From the NCBI RefSeq assembly GCF_963921235.1, contig NC_086098.1, forward strand, positions 182,900,001 to 182,964,000: a stretch of 64,000 nt of DNA, in the 5' to 3' direction. Below are positions 51,719 to 63,068 of this stretch, piece by piece. Made by a program: the position numbers and the translations under genes. Each line of letters starts with the position of its first letter. The stretch's first letter is position 1. The stretch comes from Mobula hypostoma (Eukaryota). The notes below the pieces were generated by a model. It was not told the origin of the DNA. It was given only the letters and a program-made list of their open reading frames with translations, and searched no databases.

Positions 51719-52124
51719 CTGCAGAAGAACAGTTACACAAGGTCAGGTGAATAAGAACAATGTCAACCAGCTCACAGTCCAACACCATCTCTCCATTCTT
51801 CAAAACCCAAGCTCATAATAGCACGAGAAAAGGCCCTTCAGTCATGCTGACCAAATTACCTTCTCCGTTATTTTCTTCTGCCACTGAGAAGTATTTCACA
51901 AAAGAAGTTTACTCCTCACAGAAGAAGGCTGTTTAACTTTTCAACGATCCAAGATTTGATGCCCCACCCCCACTTGTACTACTTTAGATTTACAGTGAGC
52001 AGCTGAGGAACCTGTCAGAGTGACTGGTCAGTAATTGAGACATCTCAGGAACACCATGCCTCAGACTTTAGCAGCTAGCTGCAAGTGACTCTTTCAGGCT
52101 GGGTGTAACAATAGTCACAGTCAT

Positions 52125-52670
52125 AGAGTCATACAGTATGGAAACAGGCCACTTCACCCAACTTGTTCATGGTGACCATGTCACCTACTGAGCTTGTCCC
52201 ATCTGTCCACATTTGGCCCAAAGCACTCAAAACCTCTCCTCTCCCTGTACTTATCCAGATGGCCTTGAAATGCTGTTATTTCTTGAAATGTCATTATTTC
52301 TGGCAGCTCATTCCAAACATACACGTGCAGAAAGTGCTTCCGATGTCCCCCAGATACCTCTTGCCTCTGATCTTAAACCCAAGATCGATTGTCTTTAACA
52401 CCTCATCCCTGGGAGAATAAAGACTATGTTCCTCCAACATGTCTCTGCTGATCATGATCTTACGTTATAGTTCTATCAAGTCATCCCCTAAAACTCCTAC
52501 ATTTGAGGGAATCTCTAGCCTACACAGTCACTCCTCTTAACTCAGGACCCTAAGTCCAGCCAGCCTCTTGGTAGATCTTTTTCTGCATTCTTTTCAGCCA
52601 ATAACATCTTCCCTAAAGCAGGACAGGCAAAACTAGGTAATGTTTCAAGAGTGGCCTCACCAAAGTCAGG
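52125..52670 (-). mobile_element. old CR1-type LINE 3' fragment
   Basis: Degenerate match to the 29660-30120 copy. Confidence 0.6.
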
Positions 52671-53994
52671 AAACCTGTAAACTTAGCATCCAAAGGGAAC
52701 TCTGTTTGGTCTGACCTAGCAAGCGTACACTATTAAAAGATCTGTCCATACACCAGGATGGACAAATGGCCACCCCAGATGTCAAACCCAGTCACTCCAC
52801 TCCCAAGGTAGTCTGCTGCAATTAACCCCACTCAGGTCGTGATCTACTGCCATCCCCATAATATCCAGGTGAATGATCTTGTCCCTGAACCAGCCTCTCT
52901 TGTGGACTATCTATTCCACAGTTGGTCAACATCTCAATATGGATATCCACTGCCTAGAAAAGGAATAAAAAAGGAATTAAAACTGCATACTACATTCTCA
53001 ATGCTGCTGGGGTTTCAGACGACTAAGTCTTCCGAGACCACCTTACTAGGAATATCAGGGCTGGAATGTGACTACGAAGTGTGTACATTGGTGCAGTACA
53101 GCAAAGCCTGACCCTGTTATCGATGATGTCCAGGTGCTTTGCAGCATTGATGTGAACAGCAGTCGGAAAGAATCGTGAATGATTTGTCAATATGACTGAA
53201 TCAAAAGCTACAGTTCCAAGAGTTGAACTCAACTTCCCCTTTAACTCCTCACTGGCTCAATTGTCTCTTCTCAACCATAAGTCAACCTCAGTGGATCTAT
53301 TCACCCAGTCACAAAACTCCTTTGGAATCAGAATGAGAACCAGGTTTCTTATCACTGGTATATTTCATGAAATTTATTTTGTGGCAGCAGTGCAGTAAAA
53401 AACATTAAAAATTTATTGTAAGTTACAATAAAAAAAATAGATAAACAGCACAAAAGAGGAATAGCAAGGTAGAGTTCACGGGTTCATGGACTGTTCAGAA
53501 ATCTGATGGCAGAGGGGAAGAAGCTGTTCTTAAAATATTGTGTGTGGGTCTTCAGGCTCCTGCACCTTCTCCCTGATGGTAGTAATGAGAAGGGGACATG
53601 TCCTGTGGTGGTGATGAGTTTCTCACTGCCCAGTTACCTGCTACATTTAAACTCAGTAAATGGATTTTTCATGGGGAGCTGAACCACAGATAACCTCAGC
53701 TCAGATGTTTGATCAGGAGAGAGCCAGCTGACTTACAATTACATTTGGTGCAAGAAAAGGAAAAATTAGTCATTTGTGCTGTTGACAAAAAGCACTCCAA
53801 CAGCCACATTTTTTAATGCATTGCAGTGTAATATTGGCACAAAACTACACATTTCATGACATACATCAATCATATTAAACCTGATTCTGATTCTGACAAC
53901 TTTTGCCTCCACAGATGCTGCCTGACCTACCGAGTTTGTTATTATTTCAGAAGACCTGTCTGGCACATTATTGCAATTACAAAGAAAGCACGGC

Positions 53995-55225
53995 AGCACT
54001 TCTACTTCCTTAGGAGTTTGTGAGGATTTGGCATGACATCTAAAACTATGACAAACTTCTCTGGATGTGTAATTCAGAGTATAATGACTGGCTGCATCAC
54101 AGCCTGGTATGGAAACACCAATGCCCTTGAACAGAAAATCCTACAAAAAGTAGTAGATGCGGTCTAGTCCGTTACAGGTAAAGCCCTCCCCATCATTGAG
54201 CACATCCGTACGAAGTGTTGTTGCAAGAAAGCAGCATCCTTCATTGGGGACCCCCACCACCCAGGCCATGCTCTCTTCTCCCTGCTGCCATTCAGGAAGA
54301 AGGTACAGGAACCTCAATACTCACATCATCAGGTTCAGGAACTGCTACTACCCCTCAGACTTCAGGCTCTTGAACCAAAGGGGATAACTTCACTCGCCCA
54401 ACCACTGAAATGTTCCCATAACCTATGGACTTACTTTCAAGGACTCTCATATTCTCAATATTTATTACTTACTTATTTATAATTTTTTTTCTATTTGTAT
54501 TTACACAATTGATTGTATTTTGCAAACTGGTTGAACACCCAAGTTGATCTTTCAATGAAAGCAATCTTTCATTGATTACATTATAGTTATTATTTGATTT
54601 CCAGTTCTGGTCACTGAATTATAGGAAAGATGTCAACAAAATAGAGAGAGTACAGAGAAGATTTGATAGAATGTTACCTGGGTTTCAGCACCTAAGTTAC
54701 AGAGAAAGGTTGAACAAGTTGGGTCTTTATTCTTTGGAGCGTAGAAGGTTGAGGGGGGACTTGATAGAGGTATTCAAAATTATGACGGAGATAGATAGAG
54801 TTGACATGGATAGGCTTTTTTCCATTGAGAGTAGGGGAGATTCAAATAAGAGGACATGAGTTGAGAGTTAAAGGACAAAAGTTTAGGGGTAACACAAGGG
54901 GGAACTTCTTCACTCAGAGAGTGGTAGCCGTGTCGAACGAGCTTCCAGTAGAAGTGGTTGAGGCAGGTTCGATGTTGTCATTTAAAGTTAAATTGGATAG
55001 GTATATGGACAGGAAAGGAATGGAGGGTTATGGGCTGAGTGCAGTTTGGTGGGACTAGGTGAGAGTAAGCATTCAGCACGGACTAGAAGGCCCGAGATGG
55101 CCTGTTTCTGTGCTGTAATTGTTATATGGTTATATGGATTTACTGAGTATGCCTGCAAGAAAATGAATCTCAGTGTTGTGTATGGTGACATATATGTACT
55201 TTGATTATAAATTTAGTTTGAACCT
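53995..55225 (+). mobile_element. Rex/Babar-type fragment interrupted by a CR1 fragment (about 54595-55130)
   Basis: HPGHALFSLL-like host; nested YRERLNKLGLYSLERRRLRGDLIEVFK. Confidence 0.8.
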
Positions 55226-55389
55226 TGCGTTTGATATCATTGGACTGTGACTTTTTCAGCTGAGAAGTTAACAACCTGTCCCAGTTTTCAGGGGCAATTC
55301 TAACACACTGTTGGAAGGCAATGCCCAAACTGCAGTTTATGCAAGTACGTGCGAGCAAGTGAAGACAAGCAACGGTAGGTGGCAAATAC

Positions 55390-55594
55390 CTGAGGGAATC
55401 GAAGCAAGGTTAAGTCAGCTGTCTCCACAATGGTGGGTGGATGAACAGGAGGCTGCTGTGGTCCACTAGTCCTGACCACTGGAGGAGTTCTCAGTGGGTA
55501 AAGGTGCAGAAGAGTCGAGGCAGTCGATACCTCACCTTGCGTCAGTGTAATGGACTGAGACGGCTTTTGAAACCTGGATGATGAGCAGGCACCA
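55390..55594 (-). CDS. lama5: laminin alpha-5 exon, Pro-rich linker (GACSSSRFQKPSQ...LLRFPQ)
   Basis: tgtctttag| ... |gtattt; 205 nt, phase 2->0; inside ORF 55300..55611. Confidence 0.85.
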
Positions 55595-57441
55595 CTAAAG
55601 ACAAAGAGCAATAAAAAACAATAAAGGGTATTGCAGTAATGTAATGAAGCCTCTAGATGTCAGACTGCATAATGATGAGAATTAAGACATCCATCGGGTT
55701 AAAAAAAAAGCAGAAATGCTAGGGCTATAGTTCAACACAGTACTGACAAGTAATTCATTTTGATGGGAAGAATAAAAGGCAATAAGAGAGAGATAAGAAA
55801 AGAGGCTTGTAGATGTCTGCACATAATGTACTCAAAGTACAATATTAAGATGATAAGGCTATTAAGTCCCTTAATTTATGTCTTATTTTACAGAGGCAAA
55901 ACTATATTCTGAATTGTTTATAACTGGAAACTGAGAGTAATACATTCAAATCAAGAGACCTTAAGCAAGTCTTAAGTAATCCAGTTTATATCAGGATCCA
56001 TTAAAGATGGTCCAAATTCACCCATTAACAGGATTGACAACATCCAAGTCATTTGATGCACACTTATTTATTCATTGAGATACAGTGCAGAATAGGCCAT
56101 TGCAGCCAGCAATCCCCTGATTTAATCCTAGCCTAATAACAGGACAATTTGCAATGACCAATTAACCTACCAACCAGCATACCTTTGGAGGAAAGCCACG
56201 TGGTCACGGGGGAGCATACAAACTCCTTACAAGCTGCAGTGGGAACTGAACCCAGGTCACTGGTACCATAAAGCGTTGTGTTAACCATTATGCTGCTGTG
56301 CTGCCTTATACATGATTATAAATAACACAACTCATATCAAGGAAATGATAATATGCTCTGATTTTCATATAAATCTATCAAACTCTAGGCCTTCATTCTG
56401 ATTCAATTCTTATTGGTCAGGCTTACTTTAAATTTTATTTAAGGTTACTTTCATGATCTATCTATAGAAGCAGCAGCATTTAATACTCATTCAATAATTA
56501 GCAATCAAGATATCAACTAAGCATTTGACAGGTTGGACCAAAGAGGCATAACTGTCCCAAGATTTTACTGTGGATCAAAATTGCAGGAGATTGGAGAACA
56601 ACCCATGCAAAATATCTTAGAGGCAAATGGGGCTGTGGGGCAACAAATAATCTGCTGGAGGGACTCAGTGGACTGAACAATATCTGTGTGGGGGGGGGGG
56701 TTGATATTGTTGGTATTTTGGACAAATCGCTGCATCAGGACCTGATACATGGTTTCAAACCAAAACATACAATGTACCTTGTAATGATCTTGCACTGCAC
56801 TCTTTTCAGTAGTATTCACACTTTTTTTTTTGCATTGTTATTGTTTTACCTTATTCTAGCTCAATACACTGCGCAATGATTTGATCTGTATAAACAGTAC
56901 GCAAGACAAGCTTTTCACTGTATCTTGGTACGTGGGACAATGATAAACCAATACCAAAACATGAATAATTTCTGTATCCCACATAGATGCTTCTCAACTG
57001 AGTTCCTCCAACTTACTGTTCGTGCCATACATCCTATTTGTGTCCTGTTCGACCTTAAGGAAGACATCCTAAATTTGTGCAGTGCTAAGGATTTGTTGCA
57101 ATATAATAAACAAATTAAAAGTTTAACGACGAACTTTGCCAATAATTGGAAACACAGATATCCACATCCATGCTGTACTTTCCTGTGGACTTGTGAGGGC
57201 TGATATCCGCTAAACTTTCTGTAACTTATTTTAGGAAATGCTCCAACATTTCAGGAAAACACCAAGAAGTGCAAAATTACATCAGCAAAGAATAATTCTG
57301 ACCGCCTGGATTTTTTGAATTCAATGATCTAATGTAAATTTCTGTTATCTTTCAGGAAGTAGATAATAGTCTGAAGAGACTGGCTAACCATGCAGTATCA
57401 CTTAGAAAAACAGGAAGAACATACAAAGCGGTCTACGTCAC

Positions 57442-57539
57442 CTGTCTGGTTCAAACGTTCCATGAGTGCTGATGCAATATATGCTTGGCAGTACATATTC
57501 CATGGTGAATTGCTCATGGGGTATGAGATACACCTTGTG
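57442..57539 (-). CDS. lama5: laminin alpha-5 exon (HKVYLIPHEQFTMEYVLPSIYCISTHGTFEPD)
   Basis: gttacag| ... |gtgac; 98 nt, phase 0->2. Confidence 0.88.
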
Positions 57540-58399
57540 CTGTAACGAATAACAGAAATCAGCAACTGCACTGTACTTGGTCTTGATCTAGTCAGAAGTT
57601 ACAGATTGGAGCGCTCAGTACCGCATCCACCATTTCACAATAGACGCCCGTGGTTTGTAAAGTTCAAAAGTAACTTTATTGTCGAAGTACATAACCAACC
57701 TTGAGATTTATTTTTTTACAGGGAAAAAAAGAAATGCAAGAGAATTCTACAAAAGTAAATCCAACATAAACAGACCACGACTGACAGACAACCAATGTGC
57801 AAACCAAGACAAGCTGAACAAATAAAAATATAGTACTGAGATCAGGAGTTGTAAAGAGTCCATGAAAGTGAGCCTGCATGTTGAAGAATCAGTTCTGTGT
57901 TGAGGTGAGTGAAGTTATCCATGTCAATTCATGAGCCTGATGATCGTAGGGTAACTGTTGCTGAACCTGGTGGTGTGTGACCTAATTTTTCTGTATCTCC
58001 TGCCTGATGTAGCAGCAAGAAGGGAGCATGTGGTGAGAAGAGTTGACATGATAAGCACAGACTTTTGTGGCCACTAATGCAACCAAGAGAGCATCCATTT
58101 TCTTAAAGAAGCTTGGCTTGATAATTAGACTAAACATTAAATTACATGGATCATAGAGGTCTCTGGCCTATACTCTAGCGTCATATTCCGGAGCAAATAT
58201 CATTCATTGTTGTCACTGAACTGGCCTATCCCCAACAATATTACTATATCAAGATATCAACTAATATTTGGTACAAAGAACCAGAAAGGATGACTACACC
58301 CCAAAATTTGCATCCGACAGCCAAAAGAGGGCATGGATGCTGGAATGTGGGGCAACTGGAGGAACTCAGTGGATCAAACAACATCTGGGGGTGGGGGCA

Positions 58400-58735
58400 T
58401 GAACACCTTATATTCCGTCTGGGTAGCCTCCAACCTGATTGGATGATTATTGATTTCTACTTCCGGTAAACAAATTTCCCCTTCCCCCTCTTCCTCTATT
58501 TCCCTCTTTGACCTTTTACCTCTTCTCACTTGCCTAACATTTCCCATTGGGTCCCCCCCCCGCTTTCCTTTCTTCTATAATCCACTCTCCTCTCCTATCA
58601 GGTTCCTTCTTATCCAGCCCTTGACCTTTCCCACCCACCTGGATCACCTATCACCTTCCAGCTAGCCTCCTTCCTAACACCACCCCCCCAACCTTTTTAT
58701 TCTGGCATCTTCCCCCTTCTTTATCAGTCCCTCTT
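58400..58735 (+). mobile_element. Penelope-like 3' fragment
   Basis: HLIFRLGSLQPD coding remnant followed by pyrimidine-rich UTR. Confidence 0.75.
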
Positions 58736-59021
58736 TCAAGCCCCCTTAGGATCTTACATGCTCCAAAAACAAATCTTATCCCCCTCTTTTCTAAACAACA
58801 AAGTCTAAATGTATGTGGAACAAAATTTCCCAACTCCAACGGTAGGATCTGACCTCTCATCCCCAGATCAGGAGTTCAATCATTTGGTTGCTACTCCAGT
58901 GTTTAACTTGTTTGCTGCAATGTTCCTAATTTGTTCAGATAGAGCTTTTGCAAAGAGATTTACAGATAAGCAGTAACGTGAGAAATAATTAGTAATTTAA
59001 AATTCATTAGCTATCTCTTAC

Positions 59022-59130
59022 CAGTAGAACATTTGCTGAGTCTGCCACAATCTGCAGTTCAACTCTGGTTGTTAATTCATATACAGCAACACGATTTAAA
59101 GAATCAATTGCAACTCCACGGCAGAGAAAA
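59022..59130 (-). CDS. lama5: laminin alpha-5 exon, LF/IVb region (FLCRGVAIDSLNRVAVYELTTRVELQIVADSANVLL)
   Basis: ttaattccag| acceptor, |gtaag donor; 109 nt, phase 2->0. Confidence 0.88.
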
Positions 59131-59160
59131 CTGGAATTAAAAACAGACCCTGAATTGTTA

Positions 59161-59387
59161 CAAGCTCAAGAAAATCTTCAGATGCTGGAAATCCAAAGCA
59201 ACCCACACAAAATGCTGGAGGAACTCAGCAGGCCAGGCAGTATCTATGGAAAATAGTACAGTCGACGCTTTTGCTGTGACCCTTCATCAGGACTAATCAA
59301 GGGTCTTGGCCCAAAATGCTGACTGTTTATTCTTTTCCATAGATGCTGCCTGGCCTGCTGAGTTCCTCCAGCATTTTGTGTATGTTG
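59161..59387. mobile_element. Penelope-like fold-back insertion next to an exon acceptor
   Basis: Inverted arms; perfect 13-bp TSD ccctgaattgtta (59148-59160, 59388-59400). Confidence 0.85.
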
Positions 59388-61591
59388 CCCTGAATTGTTA
59401 GTAAATGACAAAAGAAACCTAGTTCAAACAGGGTTTCTAGTTCAAATTCAAGTTCAATTGTCATTCAACCAGTAATGAGTACGCATAAATACAGCAAACG
59501 AAACACAGCATTACTCTGGGCCCAAGGTGCAAAACACAGTACCAACAGCCATACACAGCACAAGGCACACATAGCACATCATTCACGCACATAAAAAAAG
59601 TCCAAGTCCCTGGATCCATGAATGCTGCAGCAGTCTGCAATCAAACACAATACACTTGTTTTCTGCTGAGTGAACACTGGAGTGCAGCACTGACTCCAAC
59701 ATGGACGCCACGTCACGCCGGCTCTGGTGGAGCACACCGACTCTGACGCCTCTCTCCTCAGCAGCTGCAAACAGGCAACACAGCGGCTTGAGGCCTAGTC
59801 CTTACTACACCCGTGGCAACTCAGCTTCACCACCATTCGTCACCTTTAGTTTGCCCCGTAGAAGCCACTGCATCTGTGCCTGCTGCCATCTTACTGGAAG
59901 TAAAATGGCGGTGCTCTCTGATGCTGATGACTTACGGTTTGGTACAGTTTTTACCCACACTATTAAAGACAGTAGGGTTTTGTTTTATATTAGGACATGA
60001 GTACACCATAATTCACAGAAATTAATGCAAATTTCCATTATTTTAGTTCGCCGTTATTCAGAATTCAGTTACCGATATAGAAGCACTTTACAGTTCTTTT
60101 GCACATGTCCAGCTGAATTGTTGAATTCATTGTCACAGGCCAAGCTTTGGGTACATTTAAGGCTGAGATTGATAGATTCTTGATTAGTCAATGGGGAGAA
60201 TATGGTTGACAGGGATAATAAATCGGTCATGATAGAAATAGCAGAGCAGACTCAATGGGCCAAATGGCTTAATTCTGCTCCCAGACTGGGTAGGCCAATG
60301 TCACTGTATGATTGTTCGAAACCCAAAGTCCAACTTGCCACTTCCTCTTTCTTCATGGGGGAAGATCTGCAGCTAATTGTGCTGGAAATCAGAACAGCAG
60401 ATTCAGCTCCCTCTTCTCCATGATCTGCTCAGGGGTTCACACAACTCAAACCCACACTATTACTCAGAAAGGTTTTGCTGTCTTAAAGGGAGCACCATTT
60501 GCTCAGCACTTTTCATCACTTCAGCTACACAACTGTGTCATGCACCAAGAAAACCAGAGTGTTCAGCAACATAGCCATTTTTTACATTACAGACATTCCA
60601 CCTCTCCCGGAAGTTCCAGGAGTCTCCCGCATATTAATAGTGGGTCCCTGATGCCTGCAAATTATATACAACATCATGGAAATCAATTTTTTTGAAAGCA
60701 AGCGAGAGCTGAAATGAGTTTTTGCAGGGTGGGATGTCTGTGTGTGTATATATATATATATATATATTTAAGCCTTGCTGCCCAGCAATCACCTGATTTA
60801 ATCCCAGCCCAACCATCGAATAATTTACAAAGGTCAATTAGCCTACCAATTTCACAGGAGGAGGGTCAAGCAAAAATAATGACACGCAGCTGCAAAAGAT
60901 ATATTTGGACGAAACAACATAGGTTTTCAGGAACATCCTTAAAGAAGCAGAAAACTAGAGGAGTTTTGAGAATGCATTCCTGATCTGGACAGTTGAAGGC
61001 TCAACGTCCTAAGATGGAACAATTAAGTTCTGTCATGTCCAAGAGTCTAGAATTGGAGCAACCCTGACAACACTAACTTGAGCTAAAGATAGATGAGACC
61101 AGGAAGCTGTGTGAAAATTAGAAATTTATTTTTTATATACCTGGAGTAATTGTAAGTCAGCAAGCAAGGAGGTGATGGGTTAAAATTTGGGTGACATTAG
61201 GTCTATGGAGAGTAGAACCAGAGATATGTACTGAGACAAAGACATGAATAAGGGTATCAACAGATGAGCTGGGGAAAAACTAGAGTCAGATTATTGTATA
61301 GCAATGGAAATAAGTGGACTCACATGGATACCACAGAGATGTCGTGGAAAGTGGTCAACTGGTACTGCACAGACAGCAAACCAAGACCAAAAAATCATTT
61401 GCATTTACAGTAAATTTTGCTCATCCTCCTCCTGCCTGTTTACTGAATGAGTCTGTATTTAGTAATGTTCAAAGTTCAAAGTACATTTGCTGCCCAGGGA
61501 AGATCCTCTCTGAGAAGTATCTGCACCTGTATATACTGCATTTCTCATTGGTCACATCCAGGAAAAGAAAGAAATGATTAAAAATTCAGTA

Positions 61592-62647
61592 AAGACACAC
61601 AAAATGCTGGAGGAACTCAGCAGGCCAGGCAGCATCTATGGAAAAAAGTAGTCAATGTTTTGGGCCGAGACCCTTCAACAGGACTGGAGAAAAAAACATG
61701 AGGAGGTTTAAAAGGTGGGGGGAGAGAATCACAAGGTGATAGGTGAAACTGGGAGGGGAAGAGATGAAGTGGGAGAAAAGAGCTGGGAAGTTGATTGGTG
61801 AAAGAGATACTGGGCTGGAGAAGGGGGAGTTTCATAGAAGAGGACAGAAGGCCATGGAATAAAGAAAAGGGGGGAGGAGTACCAGTGGGAGGTGATAGGC
61901 ATGACAGGAGATAAGGTGAGAAAGGGGATGGGGAATAGTGGGTGGGGGGCAGACCATTACTGGAAGTTTGAGGAATCAGTGTTCATGCCATCAGGTTGGA
62001 GGCTACCCAGACAGAATATAAGGTGTTGTTCCTCCAGCCTGAGTGTGACGTCATCGCAACCACAGAGGAGGCCATGGACTGACATATCAGAATGGGAAGG
62101 GGAAGTGGGACTAAAGTGGGTGGCCGCTTCTTCTGGTGGAGGGAGCATAGGTGCTTGGCTAAGCGGTCTCGCAATCTATGTCAGGTCTCACCGATATACA
62201 GGAGGCCACACTGGGAGCACCAGACATAGTATATGGCACCAAAAGACTCACAGGTAAAGTGTTGCCTCAACTGCAAGAACTGCTTGGGGCCCTGAATGGT
62301 AGTGAGGGAGGAGGTGTAGGGACAGGTGTAGTATTTGTTCCGTTTGCAAGGATTAGTGCCAGGAGGGAGATCAGTGGGGAGGGACGAATGGACAAGGGAG
62401 TTGCATAGGGAGCGACTGATCCCTGCAGAAAGCAGAAAGTGGGGGTGTGAAGGAAAAGACGTGATGGGTGGTGGGATCCCACTGGAGACGGCAGAAGTTG
62501 CGGAGTTTTAAGTACTGGATGTGGAGGCTGGTGGGGTGGTAGGTGAGGACAAGAGGAACCCTATCCCTGGTAGGGTGGTGGGAGGATAGGATAAGAGCAG
62601 GCGTGTGTGAAATGGAAGAGATATGGTTGAGGGCAGCATTGATGGTG
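61592..62647 (-). mobile_element. Penelope-like retroelement 3' portion with degenerate GIY-YIG endonuclease
   Basis: AIYYVWCSQCGLLYIGET*HRLRDRLAKHL and RLEEQHLIFCLGSLQPDGMN; terminal repeat; 11-bp TSD aaaattcagta (61581-61591, 62648-62658). Confidence 0.88.
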
Positions 62648-63068
62648 AAAATTCAGTATTTTAGTTTTGAAGTTCTCCGATGTAACTTCGCTGCAGAGCC
62701 CAAAGCTCATCTCCATTTCACCCAGGGTTATTTTTTCATGATTCCTCTCCTAATTAATTATACCAGTCTTATACCTTGGCCTTCTGTGTCATATGCAGAC
62801 ATCAAACAGCACTACTGGAACACACAGAAAGAGGACATCACCAGAAAGGCCAAGATTTACTGTTCAGGAATCTGAAGACAACAGTCAACCATATCTCTGC
62901 GATCTGAACTAACCTGTTGTCCATGAACCCTGTGTTTAACGGTACTGGTCCATGGCATAAGGAAGGTTGAGAACCCTTGAGCTAGAAACAAAATCATTTG
63001 CTTCACAGATATCACGGAAGTAACTTCATGAATTACTGAAATGTATTGAAAAAGTTTAAGTCGAATGA

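Larger units (their letters stand above)
1468..59130 (-). other. lama5: lama5 gene, internal portion (25 coding exons; 5' and 3' ends outside window)
   Basis: Exons chain in phase into one ORF of about 1195 codons. Alpha-5-like peptides from recalled human LAMA5: [57 protein letters not shown]. Three extra LE repeats before the coiled coil are present, which mammalian alpha-3 lacks. Confidence 0.92.

Noticed and set aside
1468-59130. Assignment as lama3 (some LF exons and EMRNRNF resemble alpha-3)
   Set aside because: The extra LE repeats, the L4 RGD and most diagnostic peptides are alpha-5-like; a phylogeny would settle it.
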